From an uncultured bacterium (GTDB lineage: Bacteria > Gemmatimonadota > Gemmatimonadetes > Gemmatimonadales > Gemmatimonadaceae), in assembly GCA_963978095.1 (NCBI GenBank), contig CAXBQP010000005.1, positions 1-64,000 of the forward strand: a stretch of DNA of 64,000 bases. Direction: 5' to 3'. Shown here piece after piece: positions 38,553 to 50,362 of this stretch (position 1 is the first letter of the stretch; every line of letters starts with the position of its first letter). Made by a program: the position numbers and the translations under genes. Under the pieces are notes generated by a model that saw only the letters and a program-made list of their open reading frames with translations, ran no database searches and was not told the origin of the DNA.

Positions 38553-39425
38553 TCACTCCGCGAGGAAGTCGAGGAGCAGGGCGTTGATCCGGTCGGGCGA
38601 CTCTTCCATCACCACGTGACCTCCCCCCTCGACCAACGTGAGCCGTGCGCGCGGCATCGCCGCCACCAACCCCGCGGCGACGTCCGGGCGCACCGTGCGG
38701 TCATCGGTTCCGAACACCACGAGCGTTGGCACCGGACAGCGGGCGACGACCCGCGGTGCGAGCGGGCTCCAGGTGAACTCCCGGAGCATTTGGAGCTGCG
38801 CCCGGAGAATCTCCGGGAACTGCGACGGGGCCCAGTACTCGTCGATGTCACGCTCGGTGAACCACCCGATCTTTCCGTAGACACGGCGTTGCACGAGCTC
38901 CACCGCGCTGCGGGGAAACAGGTACGAGAGGAGCTCGCCGCGCATGTCCGGGATGAACGGCACCAGTTCCCGCGCGGGGCGCACGTGCCCGAAGCCCACC
39001 GCACCGAACAGCACCAATCGCTCCACCCGCCCGGCCAGCGCCGCTTCGAAGGCGACACGCCCGCCCATCGACTGCGCCACCACCGTCGGCCGCTCCAGCC
39101 CCAGGGCATCGAAAAGCTGCAGCAACCGACCCGCTTGCACCTCCAGGGTGTAACTCCCCTTCGCCTGCGGTGCATCACTCAACCCGTGCCCCGGCATATC
39201 GCAGGCGAACACATGGTACCCCGCGCGCGCGAGGGCTTCGATGTTGTAGCGCCAGAGATAGGCCGTGACCGCCCATCCGTGCACCAGCACCACGGGACGT
39301 CCCGACGATGGCCCGGCCTCCAGCACCCGCATATCGGTACCGTCAGCCAGCGTGACGCGACGGCGCGCGATGGCCGGGTTCCCCGCAGGCCACCACTGCT
39401 CGGGCGGGAGGCGGTCGAGAGCCAT
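38553..39425 (-). CDS. Alpha/beta fold hydrolase
   Basis: LVHGW, DMPGHGLS, AQSMGG, GTDD, GGH. Confidence 0.9.
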   Translation of the reverse strand: MALDRLPPEQWWPAGNPAIARRRVTLADGTDMRVLEAGPSSGRPVVLVHGWAVTAYLWRYNIEALARAGYHVFACDMPGHGLSDAPQAKGSYTLEVQAGRLLQLFDALGLERPTVVAQSMGGRVAFEAALAGRVERLVLFGAVGFGHVRPARELVPFIPDMRGELLSYLFPRSAVELVQRRVYGKIGWFTERDIDEYWAPSQFPEILRAQLQMLREFTWSPLAPRVVARCPVPTLVVFGTDDRTVRPDVAAGLVAAMPRARLTLVEGGGHVVMEESPDRINALLLDFLAE

Positions 39426-39479
39426 GTCGGTGGGCTCAAACGCCTCGGGCGCGACGGTCAGCCGCCACGCCCGCGGCGA

Positions 39480-40628
39480 TCAGAGGAAATCGACCGGGCG
39501 TCCGATCAATCGCGCGATCAGCCCGATGCGGAAAGTGATGTCGCACCACCGTTCCTCGCCACCGTGGACCGGCTCCAGCGGATGCGACGGCCACACCCAC
39601 GGCGTCGTGCTCTTCGGACTCGACATCCCCTTGTGCGGATGCCACACGCCGCTGCGGTCGCAGTCGTCGACGAACCGCTCATACATCTTGAGCCAAGTCT
39701 CGTTGCGCTTGAGGAAGCCCAGGCGCGCCATGAGTTCCAGCCACGCGATCGCCGCCGGCACGTCCGCCTCCACCGCGTTGCGGTGCGGCAGTCGGTCCCC
39801 CATCACATAGAGCGGCACCTCGAGGATCTTCTTCCCCACCTGCTGCATCTGCTCCTGACGCGGCAACGCCCGACAGAGCCAGCGATACAGCATCTCCATC
39901 CCCTCGTAATGCTCATTCCGGAACAGCGGCATGTGCGCATACATCCGCAACGCATGGATGCTGGGCGGAAATGCCTCCGGCGACAACACCTGCTGATTCC
40001 CGACCCGGATCCACGGCTTGGCGCCCAGCGGCGACCGCAAGAAGTCCATCGTGCGCTCCAGGGTCCTGCGCGCCATGCCACGCAACCGTGGGTCCCCCTC
40101 GTAGCCCGCCTGCGCCAACGCCGCACCCGCCGCCTCGCGAAGCGTCTGGCGGAGCATCAGCCGCGCCTCCTCCTCCATTGGCTTGGGCTTGGGACCAGCA
40201 TCCGGGGCAAACTCGAACAGCAAGGCCGGATCATCGTCCTCGGCGAGCAACCGAAAGAGGATCTTGCGCGCCTGATGCACCGCTGGGGCATCCTTATGCC
40301 ACCCGTACTCCAACAAGCGGTTGAAGGCATTGATCGTGCCGACCCCCTCAAGCCCCTCGCCGCGGGAGGGCAGGGTGAGCATCGCATGGTTCCAGATACC
40401 ATCGCCAGATTGACGCATCGCGAGCTCAAGCGCCGGCCGGTAGGTCATGGGAAGCAGGTGAAAATCAGGCGGAACGCTGTCCGCAAGCTTCACTACCTCC
40501 ATGATGGCGCGATACTGTATTGGTGCTGACGCATTCGCCATCAACCACGTGATGGGAAAGCGAATCGACGCCGGCGCGGTCGGCGGCGGTGCAATGGTAG
40601 GAACTGTCGGGATGATCGGTGCAGTCAA
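39480..40628 (-). CDS. Hypothetical protein (helical, Trp-rich)
   Basis: Long ORF in the co-oriented run with plausible composition; no motif recognised with confidence. Confidence 0.75.
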   Translation of the reverse strand: MTAPIIPTVPTIAPPPTAPASIRFPITWLMANASAPIQYRAIMEVVKLADSVPPDFHLLPMTYRPALELAMRQSGDGIWNHAMLTLPSRGEGLEGVGTINAFNRLLEYGWHKDAPAVHQARKILFRLLAEDDDPALLFEFAPDAGPKPKPMEEEARLMLRQTLREAAGAALAQAGYEGDPRLRGMARRTLERTMDFLRSPLGAKPWIRVGNQQVLSPEAFPPSIHALRMYAHMPLFRNEHYEGMEMLYRWLCRALPRQEQMQQVGKKILEVPLYVMGDRLPHRNAVEADVPAAIAWLELMARLGFLKRNETWLKMYERFVDDCDRSGVWHPHKGMSSPKSTTPWVWPSHPLEPVHGGEERWCDITFRIGLIARLIGRPVDFL

Positions 40629-40771
40629 ATCTGGACGCCCCGTGCTAAACCGTTGTCAGACAACAGGATATGAGAAAACACCCGCGGAGCGGGGACCCTC
40701 TGTCGTAAGGATACCACTTTTTGGGATTTCCGCTAGGGTCCTGTGGGCCCCAACTCCTCAGGCGTGGAGCC

Positions 40772-42640
40772 CTACAGACGCTGCACTTCGTCCGCCGCTT
40801 CGATCGCGCGGACGATGTCGCGCGACAACGCCCGCGCCTCCTGGGTGGCCCCCGTGCTCGACTCCGGGCGTGTGTCCAGGCCGCTGCTCCGCAGCTTGAG
40901 CAGGTCGAGCCTGATGGTCTCGAGTACCGTGCGCGCACTGTCCAGTTGCGCGCGGACGCCATCGCGCTTGGCGCTGAGTTCCCGGAGCGTGACGAGTTGT
41001 CGCTCGAGCAACTCGAGCATTCGCCCACGAGTGGACGATCCGTCGTCGCGACTTCGGACATCGGCGATGCGATGTTCCAGTTTGTCGATGGCGACGACCG
41101 AGGCCTCGGTCTCCAGTTGGTGCACCGAAGCCCCGAGCGCGGCAATGCGTTCCACCAGCGCATCGATGGTCGGGAGTACCGATGGCGGCAACAACCGCCG
41201 CTCGGCGTCCGGGAGTCGCGCGAGCACTTCCCGCATCTCGGCGCGCGCCTCGACCGCCTCGCGCACGATCAACCCGACGGGGCCGACCCGCGCGCTGGCG
41301 CTCCCCGCCGTTCCCGCCGCTCCGGTCGGGGAGGCCACCAGAGGGGCTCGTTCGCCGGACACGCCGAGCGGCTGCCGCTGAAACACTCGCACCAGCGGGA
41401 TGCCATCGATCACCATCCCGGCGATTCGTTTGCCCAGGCCGACGAGCATCACCGCCGATGGGATCAGGAACCACGGGACACGGACATACCGGCCCGTGAA
41501 CAGGTTGACGACGAACAGCACCACGATGTTCAGCAGCGTGCTCCAGAACTTCTTCTGGAACCGGCGAATCCGTTCCTCGGGTGAGGCCGGCGCGTCACCG
41601 AGCGGGGCACGGAGATCGTCGGCGCCGCCGAGTCGCGCTGTTGCGCGGCGCACCTTCCGCTCGGCGCGCGCGAGTCGACGAGCACGTCGATACTCCCGGG
41701 CCTGCAGCGCGTAGAGCGCCTGCATCGCCGCGTCGCCCGCCGCGTCGCCCGCTTCGTCGTGCGCTTCGTTGTGCGCTTCGTCGCGCGGGGCGTCGTCACT
41801 CAGCGCCGCACGGAACGCCAAGGCGTCGGGCCACCGGTCGCCCTTCCCTTTGGCCATGGCCCGCTCGATGGCACGGATCAGCGGCGCCGGCAGGTCGGGA
41901 CGCCGTTCATGCAACGGTGCCGGCAGCTCGCTGATGTGCTTCATGAGCATCGCCGGCGTGTTGCCAGCGGTGAAGGGGATCGTACCCGCCAGCAGCTGAT
42001 AGCCCACCACGCCCAGTGCGTAGAGATCGGCGCGTCCGTCGATATCGCGCTCTCCCATGGCCTGCTCGGGACTCATGTAGGCCGGCGTGCCGACCGCGAT
42101 GCCGGTCACGGTAAGTCGACCATCGGCTTCCGCCGCGCGCGCGATGCCGAAGTCCGTCACGCGTGCATGCCCCGTCGCCCGCTCGATCAGGATGTTGTCG
42201 GGCTTGACGTCCCGATGGACGACGCCGTGGGCGTGCGCATAGGCCAGAGCGTCCGCCACCTCACGCAGGATTCGGCGCACCGTCGCCACATCGGGGTGGG
42301 GATCGCGTGCAAGTTGCTGCGCGAGCGTCTCTCCCTCGACCAGTCCCATGGCGAAGTACACGAGGCCATCGTGTTCGTCCACCGTGTAGATCGGCACGAT
42401 GTGTGGATGCGAGAGCTGGGCCGCCATCTGGGCCTCGCGCAGGAAGCGTGCCCGGATCTCGTCGCGAAAGGCGAGCTCCGGGGGGAGCACCTTGAGCGCG
42501 ACCTTCCGGTGCAAGCGGCTGTCCACCGCGCGATACACCACGCCCATCCCGCCGCGCCCGATCTCCGCCTCGACCATGAAGCGCGGGCCGACCGCCCGTT
42601 CGACGCGTTCACGGAGCGCCTGCTGCTCGCGAGCGTTCAC
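40772..42640 (-). CDS. Hanks-type Ser/Thr protein kinase with 2 TM helices and C-terminal helical bundle
   Basis: GRGGMG, VALK, HRDVKPDN, DFG, GTPAYMSPE. Confidence 0.93.
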   Translation of the reverse strand: MNAREQQALRERVERAVGPRFMVEAEIGRGGMGVVYRAVDSRLHRKVALKVLPPELAFRDEIRARFLREAQMAAQLSHPHIVPIYTVDEHDGLVYFAMGLVEGETLAQQLARDPHPDVATVRRILREVADALAYAHAHGVVHRDVKPDNILIERATGHARVTDFGIARAAEADGRLTVTGIAVGTPAYMSPEQAMGERDIDGRADLYALGVVGYQLLAGTIPFTAGNTPAMLMKHISELPAPLHERRPDLPAPLIRAIERAMAKGKGDRWPDALAFRAALSDDAPRDEAHNEAHDEAGDAAGDAAMQALYALQAREYRRARRLARAERKVRRATARLGGADDLRAPLGDAPASPEERIRRFQKKFWSTLLNIVVLFVVNLFTGRYVRVPWFLIPSAVMLVGLGKRIAGMVIDGIPLVRVFQRQPLGVSGERAPLVASPTGAAGTAGSASARVGPVGLIVREAVEARAEMREVLARLPDAERRLLPPSVLPTIDALVERIAALGASVHQLETEASVVAIDKLEHRIADVRSRDDGSSTRGRMLELLERQLVTLRELSAKRDGVRAQLDSARTVLETIRLDLLKLRSSGLDTRPESSTGATQEARALSRDIVRAIEAADEVQRL

Positions 42641-44562
42641 CGGCGATTCGAAGCGGCGCGCGGGGAGCCGGAGGTTCTCGGGTTCACGCGCTGCAGCTCG
42701 TCCGCGACATACACCGCGGTATCGATTTCCTTGGCGAGCGCGAGCGCCTGTTCCGCCACGGTGGTCACCTGCTGCCAGGAGCGGGCGCCGGTGGAGAGCC
42801 GCAACACGTCGAGCTTGATGTTCTGCAGTGCGACCGCCAGCGTATCGAGCCGTGCCGACAGGTCCTGGCGGCGTCCATCGAGTTGCGCCAGCGTACGCCG
42901 CTGTCGCTTGAGTGTCGCGAGGCGGCGCACCCGCTCCTCGCTGGCGCTCCCTTCCAGCGGGTTCGCCTGGGATTCCAGGAGGGCGATCTCCTGCTCGAGC
43001 GCGTGCGACGAGCGTCCGTCCGCGGCACGATCGATCTCCCCCAGGGCCGCCGCCACCTCGAGCATCGAGCGGGAAAGCCGGTCCGCCACCGCGGGGACGT
43101 CACGGACGCGATCGCGTTCGGAACCGGGCAGCTGGGTGATCAGGCGGGCGATTTCGTCGCGGTCGATCAGCGCCTGCCGCGCGATGGCGGCGTGCGGCCC
43201 CGACGCCAAGGCGGTGCTCTCCCCAACGCCGATGCGCGGCGTGGGATTTTCGCCCGCGGGTTCGAACAACCCGGGTTTGCCGACCGTCAGACGCTGGCGC
43301 TCACGCACGCGATCCCGCTTCACGGGGTTCCAGAGCGCCTGCACCTCCTCCAGCCGTTCGGTCACCAGGTCGAGGAACAGACGATCACGCGGCTCCCGGA
43401 AGACATCGTGCCAATCGTAGCCTGCGCTCCACAACCGGGCGTACTTGTAGGCGAGATACACGCCATACAATCCGGTCACCCCGACGAGGTCCGGGCCGCC
43501 GAACAGCCGGATGATGAGCGTTGCCGCGCTCATGAACAGAAAAGGACCGAGCCGCTTGCGGAACAGTTGGACCTGGGGCCGTGCCCACCGTTCCAGCTCG
43601 GCGGCCCCCGGCGTGTAGCCGCTCGCGGCGAAGCCTCCGTGGGGCGCGGTCTCTCCGACACTAGTCGGTCGCGCCACCGGGAGACTCGGGACCTCACCGC
43701 GGTCGAGCGCGGTCACGAAGGCGGCGGCACTGGGGAACCGATCCTCGGGACGCTTCTCGAGACAGAGCATGACGGCGCGCGCGAGGTCCGGCGGAAGGTT
43801 CGCGCGTCGTTGATCGATCGACACCGGGCGTTCGCTCAGATGCTTGACGAGCAGCGCCGGGGTGTTGGTGGCCGTGAACGGGAGGTCCGCACACAGCATC
43901 TGATAGGCGACCACGCCGAGCGAATAGAGATCGCTGCGGCCGTCGACGTCGCGGTCCCCCGCGCTTTGCTCGGGACTCATGAAGGCCGGCGTCCCGATGG
44001 CGATGCCCGTGGCGGTGAGCCGAACATCGCCCCCCTCCGTGATGGCCCGCGCGATCCCGAAATCGGTGACCATCGGCCGGCCGTTCGGTCCGTCGAGCAG
44101 GATGTTGTCCGGCTTGATGTCGCGGTGCACCACGCCCTGCTGATGCGCATAGGCCAGCGCGTCCCCCACGTCGCACAGGATGCGACGCACCTCGGCGGGA
44201 TCCATCGGGCCGCGATCGTGGATCCGCTTGGCCAGATTGTCGCCGTCCACGAACGCCATCACGAAATAGACGAGCCCGTCTTTTTCGTCGACGCTGTAGA
44301 TCGGGACGATCGACGGATGGGACAGCTGGGCCGCCGTCTCCGCTTCGCGCAGGAAACGCGAGCGGATCTCGGACCGGAACGCGAGTTCCGGCGGCAACAC
44401 CTTGATGGCCACCGGGCGCTTGAGACGTTTGTCCTTGGCCCGATAGACGATTCCCATCCCACCCCGCCCGATCTCGCGGTCCAGCTCGTACGTGACTTCG
44501 AGGGTACGCGCCACATGGGAGCGCAACTCGGAGTCAGACTGCGTGATCTTCGGGTCTTCCAC
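42637..44562 (-). CDS. Hanks-type Ser/Thr protein kinase, paralogue of the downstream gene
   Basis: GRGGMG, VAIK, HRDIKPDN, DFG, GTPAFMSPE; start GTG 44562 or ATG 44598. Confidence 0.93.
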   Translation of the reverse strand: MEDPKITQSDSELRSHVARTLEVTYELDREIGRGGMGIVYRAKDKRLKRPVAIKVLPPELAFRSEIRSRFLREAETAAQLSHPSIVPIYSVDEKDGLVYFVMAFVDGDNLAKRIHDRGPMDPAEVRRILCDVGDALAYAHQQGVVHRDIKPDNILLDGPNGRPMVTDFGIARAITEGGDVRLTATGIAIGTPAFMSPEQSAGDRDVDGRSDLYSLGVVAYQMLCADLPFTATNTPALLVKHLSERPVSIDQRRANLPPDLARAVMLCLEKRPEDRFPSAAAFVTALDRGEVPSLPVARPTSVGETAPHGGFAASGYTPGAAELERWARPQVQLFRKRLGPFLFMSAATLIIRLFGGPDLVGVTGLYGVYLAYKYARLWSAGYDWHDVFREPRDRLFLDLVTERLEEVQALWNPVKRDRVRERQRLTVGKPGLFEPAGENPTPRIGVGESTALASGPHAAIARQALIDRDEIARLITQLPGSERDRVRDVPAVADRLSRSMLEVAAALGEIDRAADGRSSHALEQEIALLESQANPLEGSASEERVRRLATLKRQRRTLAQLDGRRQDLSARLDTLAVALQNIKLDVLRLSTGARSWQQVTTVAEQALALAKEIDTAVYVADELQRVNPRTSGSPRAASNRR

Positions 44563-44862
44563 TGGCGTCAGGAGGGGTGGGAGGCAAACGGCAAGCATAG
44601 CAGGACAGACCCTGTCGTGAAAGGTCAGGGCAAAAGGGCGCGGCGCCGACCGCCAAGCGTGCGAGCCACCGACTTTCGACACCCTTTGCCACGTCCATCC
44701 TGACAGTCCCTACGTCACCGCGGCATGCGAAAGTTGCAAAGTGTGCCGTTATGTCGTAAGTCAGAGTGGCCCGAGGTTTGCTTGGTAACCAGGCATTCTC
44801 CGGGTCCGGTCCACGACCCGGCCCACCTCTGCCGGTTTCGGCACGAAGGAGACGTCTTTTCG

Positions 44863-47412
<2,550 letters not shown>

Positions 47413-47425
47413 GGTCCGGTCGAAA

Positions 47426-47465
47426 CGACAGCGGGCCAGCCCATCGAAGGGCTGGCCCGCTGTCG
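47426..47465. terminator. Hairpin between convergent genes, probable bidirectional terminator
   Basis: CGACAGCGGGCCAGCCC-ATCGAA-GGGCTGGCCCGCTGTCG, 17-bp stem. Confidence 0.75.
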
Positions 47466-47478
47466 CATGTGCCGTCCG

Positions 47479-48474
47479 CTATGGCTTCTGGCCGGGACGG
47501 AAGACGCCGGCTGGGCGCAGAATCGTCTCCGGAATCGGGGTCCCCGAGGTCGCGGGAGCGTCGCCGGCGATCAGGTTCATCACGGGCGACGAGCCGGCCG
47601 GAAGGGTGTACGGCTCAGCCAAGCTGGTGGTGACCGTGTACCCAAGGTCCGCCAGCGCGCCGAGTGTCATGGCCGAGAGCGGCATCCGCACGCCGCGCGC
47701 CTCGATGGTGCCGGTCATGAGCTCCGTCTTGAAGATCGATTCGCGCCAGTGATCGTCCGCGGTTCCCGAACCACCGATGTTCTCGAGCGGGATGGTCGGC
47801 GAGCAGGTGGAAGAGACCGTCGGCGAGAAGGTCAGGCAGGCAATCTTCGCGTTGGAGCCGCGGAACGCGGTCGCGCTGCTCCCCGCCCCCGTGATGAGCG
47901 GGTTGACGGAATCGGGGCGCATCCCGAAGGTGGTCGAATTGAAGCCGAGCGTATGGATCATCTCGTGCGTCATGACGTCGACCAGTTGGTTGTTGGTCGC
48001 CAGCGGTGCGAGATAGTCGGTACGGAATCGCATGGAGGCGACGATCGGGAGCCCGCCATTCCGCACCAGACAGGGGCCCGCTTGCGCGATGATCTGCGCG
48101 GATCCCAGCGTTGCGGTGTCCTGCGCGAAGATCACGATGCCCGGATATGCACCCGAGGGAAGGGTCGCATTGCCGAGGCCGCATCCGCCATTCGTGGTGG
48201 CCTTGCGGATCGTGGTGGTGTAGCTCGCCGCGTCAGTGGTGCTCATGCTGGTCGGGTAGCCCGCCGGTCCCGACGTGATGATGGCCGTCAGACGCTTCAC
48301 CGCGGAGTCCATCGCGACCTGAAAGGACGCGCTCGGCGTACTGAGATAGATCACCTGGATCGCGAAGCGGGTGCTGACCGGCGTCGTGGTGTTGATCGTC
48401 GTGGGCGACGAACTGGAACAGGCGACGGCCGAGCCGACGAGTGAACAGATGGCGAGCGAACGGAAGAGACGCAT
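47479..48474 (-). CDS. Leishmanolysin-like (M8) zinc metallopeptidase lipoprotein
   Basis: AVAC lipobox, AQAGPC, HEMIHTLGF, HWRE, ELMTG. Confidence 0.87.
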   Translation of the reverse strand: MRLFRSLAICSLVGSAVACSSSSPTTINTTTPVSTRFAIQVIYLSTPSASFQVAMDSAVKRLTAIITSGPAGYPTSMSTTDAASYTTTIRKATTNGGCGLGNATLPSGAYPGIVIFAQDTATLGSAQIIAQAGPCLVRNGGLPIVASMRFRTDYLAPLATNNQLVDVMTHEMIHTLGFNSTTFGMRPDSVNPLITGAGSSATAFRGSNAKIACLTFSPTVSSTCSPTIPLENIGGSGTADDHWRESIFKTELMTGTIEARGVRMPLSAMTLGALADLGYTVTTSLAEPYTLPAGSSPVMNLIAGDAPATSGTPIPETILRPAGVFRPGQKP

Positions 48475-48503
48475 GCGGAATTCCTGATCGGTGACGCGGG
48501 CGA

Positions 48504-48794
48504 CTACGGGCGCTTCTTGAGCGGGACGAATTTCCCGTTCGAGTCCACCATGCCGATGGGGAGTGTAACACTGTCGCGGAGCCGATGTTCGGCCGCGGGC
48601 CGTGACGCCCTGCCTGCTGGCGCTGGTGCGCTCGGGGAAATCACGCGTGGCATACTCTCCGCCGGCGGCGTGACGGACGGTGCGGAATCAGTCGACTGCA
48701 CCGGCGGCGGCAATGCAGGCTGCGCCTCGGGCTTCGGGGCACCGCCGCAGGCACTGATGAACGCGACGAGGCCGACCGCCGTCGGGGATCTCAT
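48504..48794 (-). CDS. Small Pro-rich lipoprotein
   Basis: MRSPTAVGLVAFISACGG lipobox; ATGA overlap with the upstream gene. Confidence 0.7.
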   Translation of the reverse strand: MRSPTAVGLVAFISACGGAPKPEAQPALPPPVQSTDSAPSVTPPAESMPRVISPSAPAPAGRASRPAAEHRLRDSVTLPIGMVDSNGKFVPLKKRP

Positions 48795-50362
48795 GGTTTT
48801 CGGAGATTCGACGAGGTGCCACTCGCCGGGATGTAGCCGATCGGCCTGAGCAGTTCTTCGCCCAACGGTATCGCGGTGACGTCCAGAATCCCGGTCCCGG
48901 AACTGAACGGGGTGCGGAGCAACTGACCGACGACATACGCATCGGCGACGTTCATGTTGACCTGGTAGCCGAGATCCTGCATCGATGCGATCGAGATGGT
49001 GGACAGCGGTCGCACGGTGCCTGAGATGAAGCCGGTCATCAGCTCGGATCGGAAGGTCGTTTCCTTCCAGTGTGCGTCGGCGGTCCCGCTCCCACCGGTC
49101 GTCTCGAGCGGAACACTGTCGCACGCGGTGGAGAGCCCGCCGAGGGCCTTGCAGGCCGTGATCGCATTGGAGCCGACGAACGCGCTCAGCGCGGTTCCCG
49201 TCCGCACCCGGAGCGCGGGCGTGCTCAGCCCCCAGATGGTGCCGAACCCGAGCGCGTGGTGCATCTCATGCAGGATCACATCGTTGAGCGTCCCGTTCGT
49301 GACCATGCCGGCGATATCGGCCTCGTCGAATCGCATCTGGGCCAAGACGGGCATATTGGTGCCGTCGCTGCGCAGGAAGCAGGGTCCCGCACTCCCCAAG
49401 ATGTTTCCGACGCCGTCGATCGGCACGACCTGCCAGAAGATCACGATGGAGGAGATGACTTCGTTGAGTGTACCGCCCGGTCCGCAGGTCTGGATGTTGA
49501 AGTTGTTGAGGTTGGCGGAGCGCGCGCCGCCGATGATCTCGGCGCTGATCCGAGTCGCCGCGTTGAGGAACGCCGCGTTCACGGCATCGGCGATCGTCGG
49601 CAGCGTCGCCGGCCCGTATTGGCGGATATCGACGTTGTAGTTCGTGAGGATGGTCGCCGACGCCGTCGCCGCGGCAGCGCCCACCACGGCGCGCAATCCC
49701 TGCGGCTCGGCGCGCCGGCCGAGGGTCCAGAACGGGGCGGTGGCAGCGCCCGTGGAATCGGTGCTCACGTTGGCCGAGCCCGAGAGAAAACCGTTGCCGC
49801 CGCTGATGCTGAAGGCCACCGGCGTCGACGGCACTCCATTGCCGAACTGATCGGACACCTTGAAGCGAATGGCCGTCGGCACGACGGTCCCGCCGAGGCC
49901 GCTCTGGTTGTTGCCGCTGAGGACCGCGATGCTGGCCGCGGCGCCCGGCGTGCCGGTCGCGGAGATGATCAGGGCCGGCACCGACCCGACCGAGACGCTG
50001 AGCGTGTTCCGACCCGCGATGTTCCCCATTTTCCAGACCCCGACGGAGGTCTCGCCGCTCCCGGTGGTGGTCGGGGCTCCCGTGATGGTTCCGGCACCCG
50101 ATGCCACGGTGACCGTCACGGGAACGCCGGTGAGCACGTTGCCTGCCGCGTCCTTCACGACGAAGGTCGGCGCGGTGGCGAGCGCGGTGCCCACCGTCGC
50201 GGTCAGCCCGGAGCTGGTCGCTCCGGCCGTGATCGACGCAGGGGTCACGACTTTGGTGGCATCCTTGCCGCTGCATGCGGCGACGACCACCGCGAGCAGG
50301 GTCAGCAGGGACTGGCGGGGTGTGCGCATCGCAGGGTCTCCCGGGGGGTGGCGTTCAGACAT
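48791..50362 (-). CDS. Leishmanolysin-like (M8) metallopeptidase lipoprotein with two Ig-like (Big) domains
   Basis: VAAC lipobox, DAAGN/DQFGN Ig repeats, HEMHHALGFG, HWKE, ELMTG; start ATG 50362 (TGATG overlap) or 50329. Confidence 0.87.
   Translation of the reverse strand: MSERHPPGDPAMRTPRQSLLTLLAVVVAACSGKDATKVVTPASITAGATSSGLTATVGTALATAPTFVVKDAAGNVLTGVPVTVTVASGAGTITGAPTTTGSGETSVGVWKMGNIAGRNTLSVSVGSVPALIISATGTPGAAASIAVLSGNNQSGLGGTVVPTAIRFKVSDQFGNGVPSTPVAFSISGGNGFLSGSANVSTDSTGAATAPFWTLGRRAEPQGLRAVVGAAAATASATILTNYNVDIRQYGPATLPTIADAVNAAFLNAATRISAEIIGGARSANLNNFNIQTCGPGGTLNEVISSIVIFWQVVPIDGVGNILGSAGPCFLRSDGTNMPVLAQMRFDEADIAGMVTNGTLNDVILHEMHHALGFGTIWGLSTPALRVRTGTALSAFVGSNAITACKALGGLSTACDSVPLETTGGSGTADAHWKETTFRSELMTGFISGTVRPLSTISIASMQDLGYQVNMNVADAYVVGQLLRTPFSSGTGILDVTAIPLGEELLRPIGYIPASGTSSNLRKP

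Noticed and set aside
40693..40741. GGACCCT...AGGGTCC stem as a possible riboswitch
   Set aside because: Only 7 bp with weak interior pairing and no match to any aptamer consensus I recognise.
41725..41785. 12-nt tandem repeats
   Set aside because: In-frame low-complexity linker in the kinase (DEAHNEAHDEAGDAAGDAA); no spacers, not CRISPR-like.
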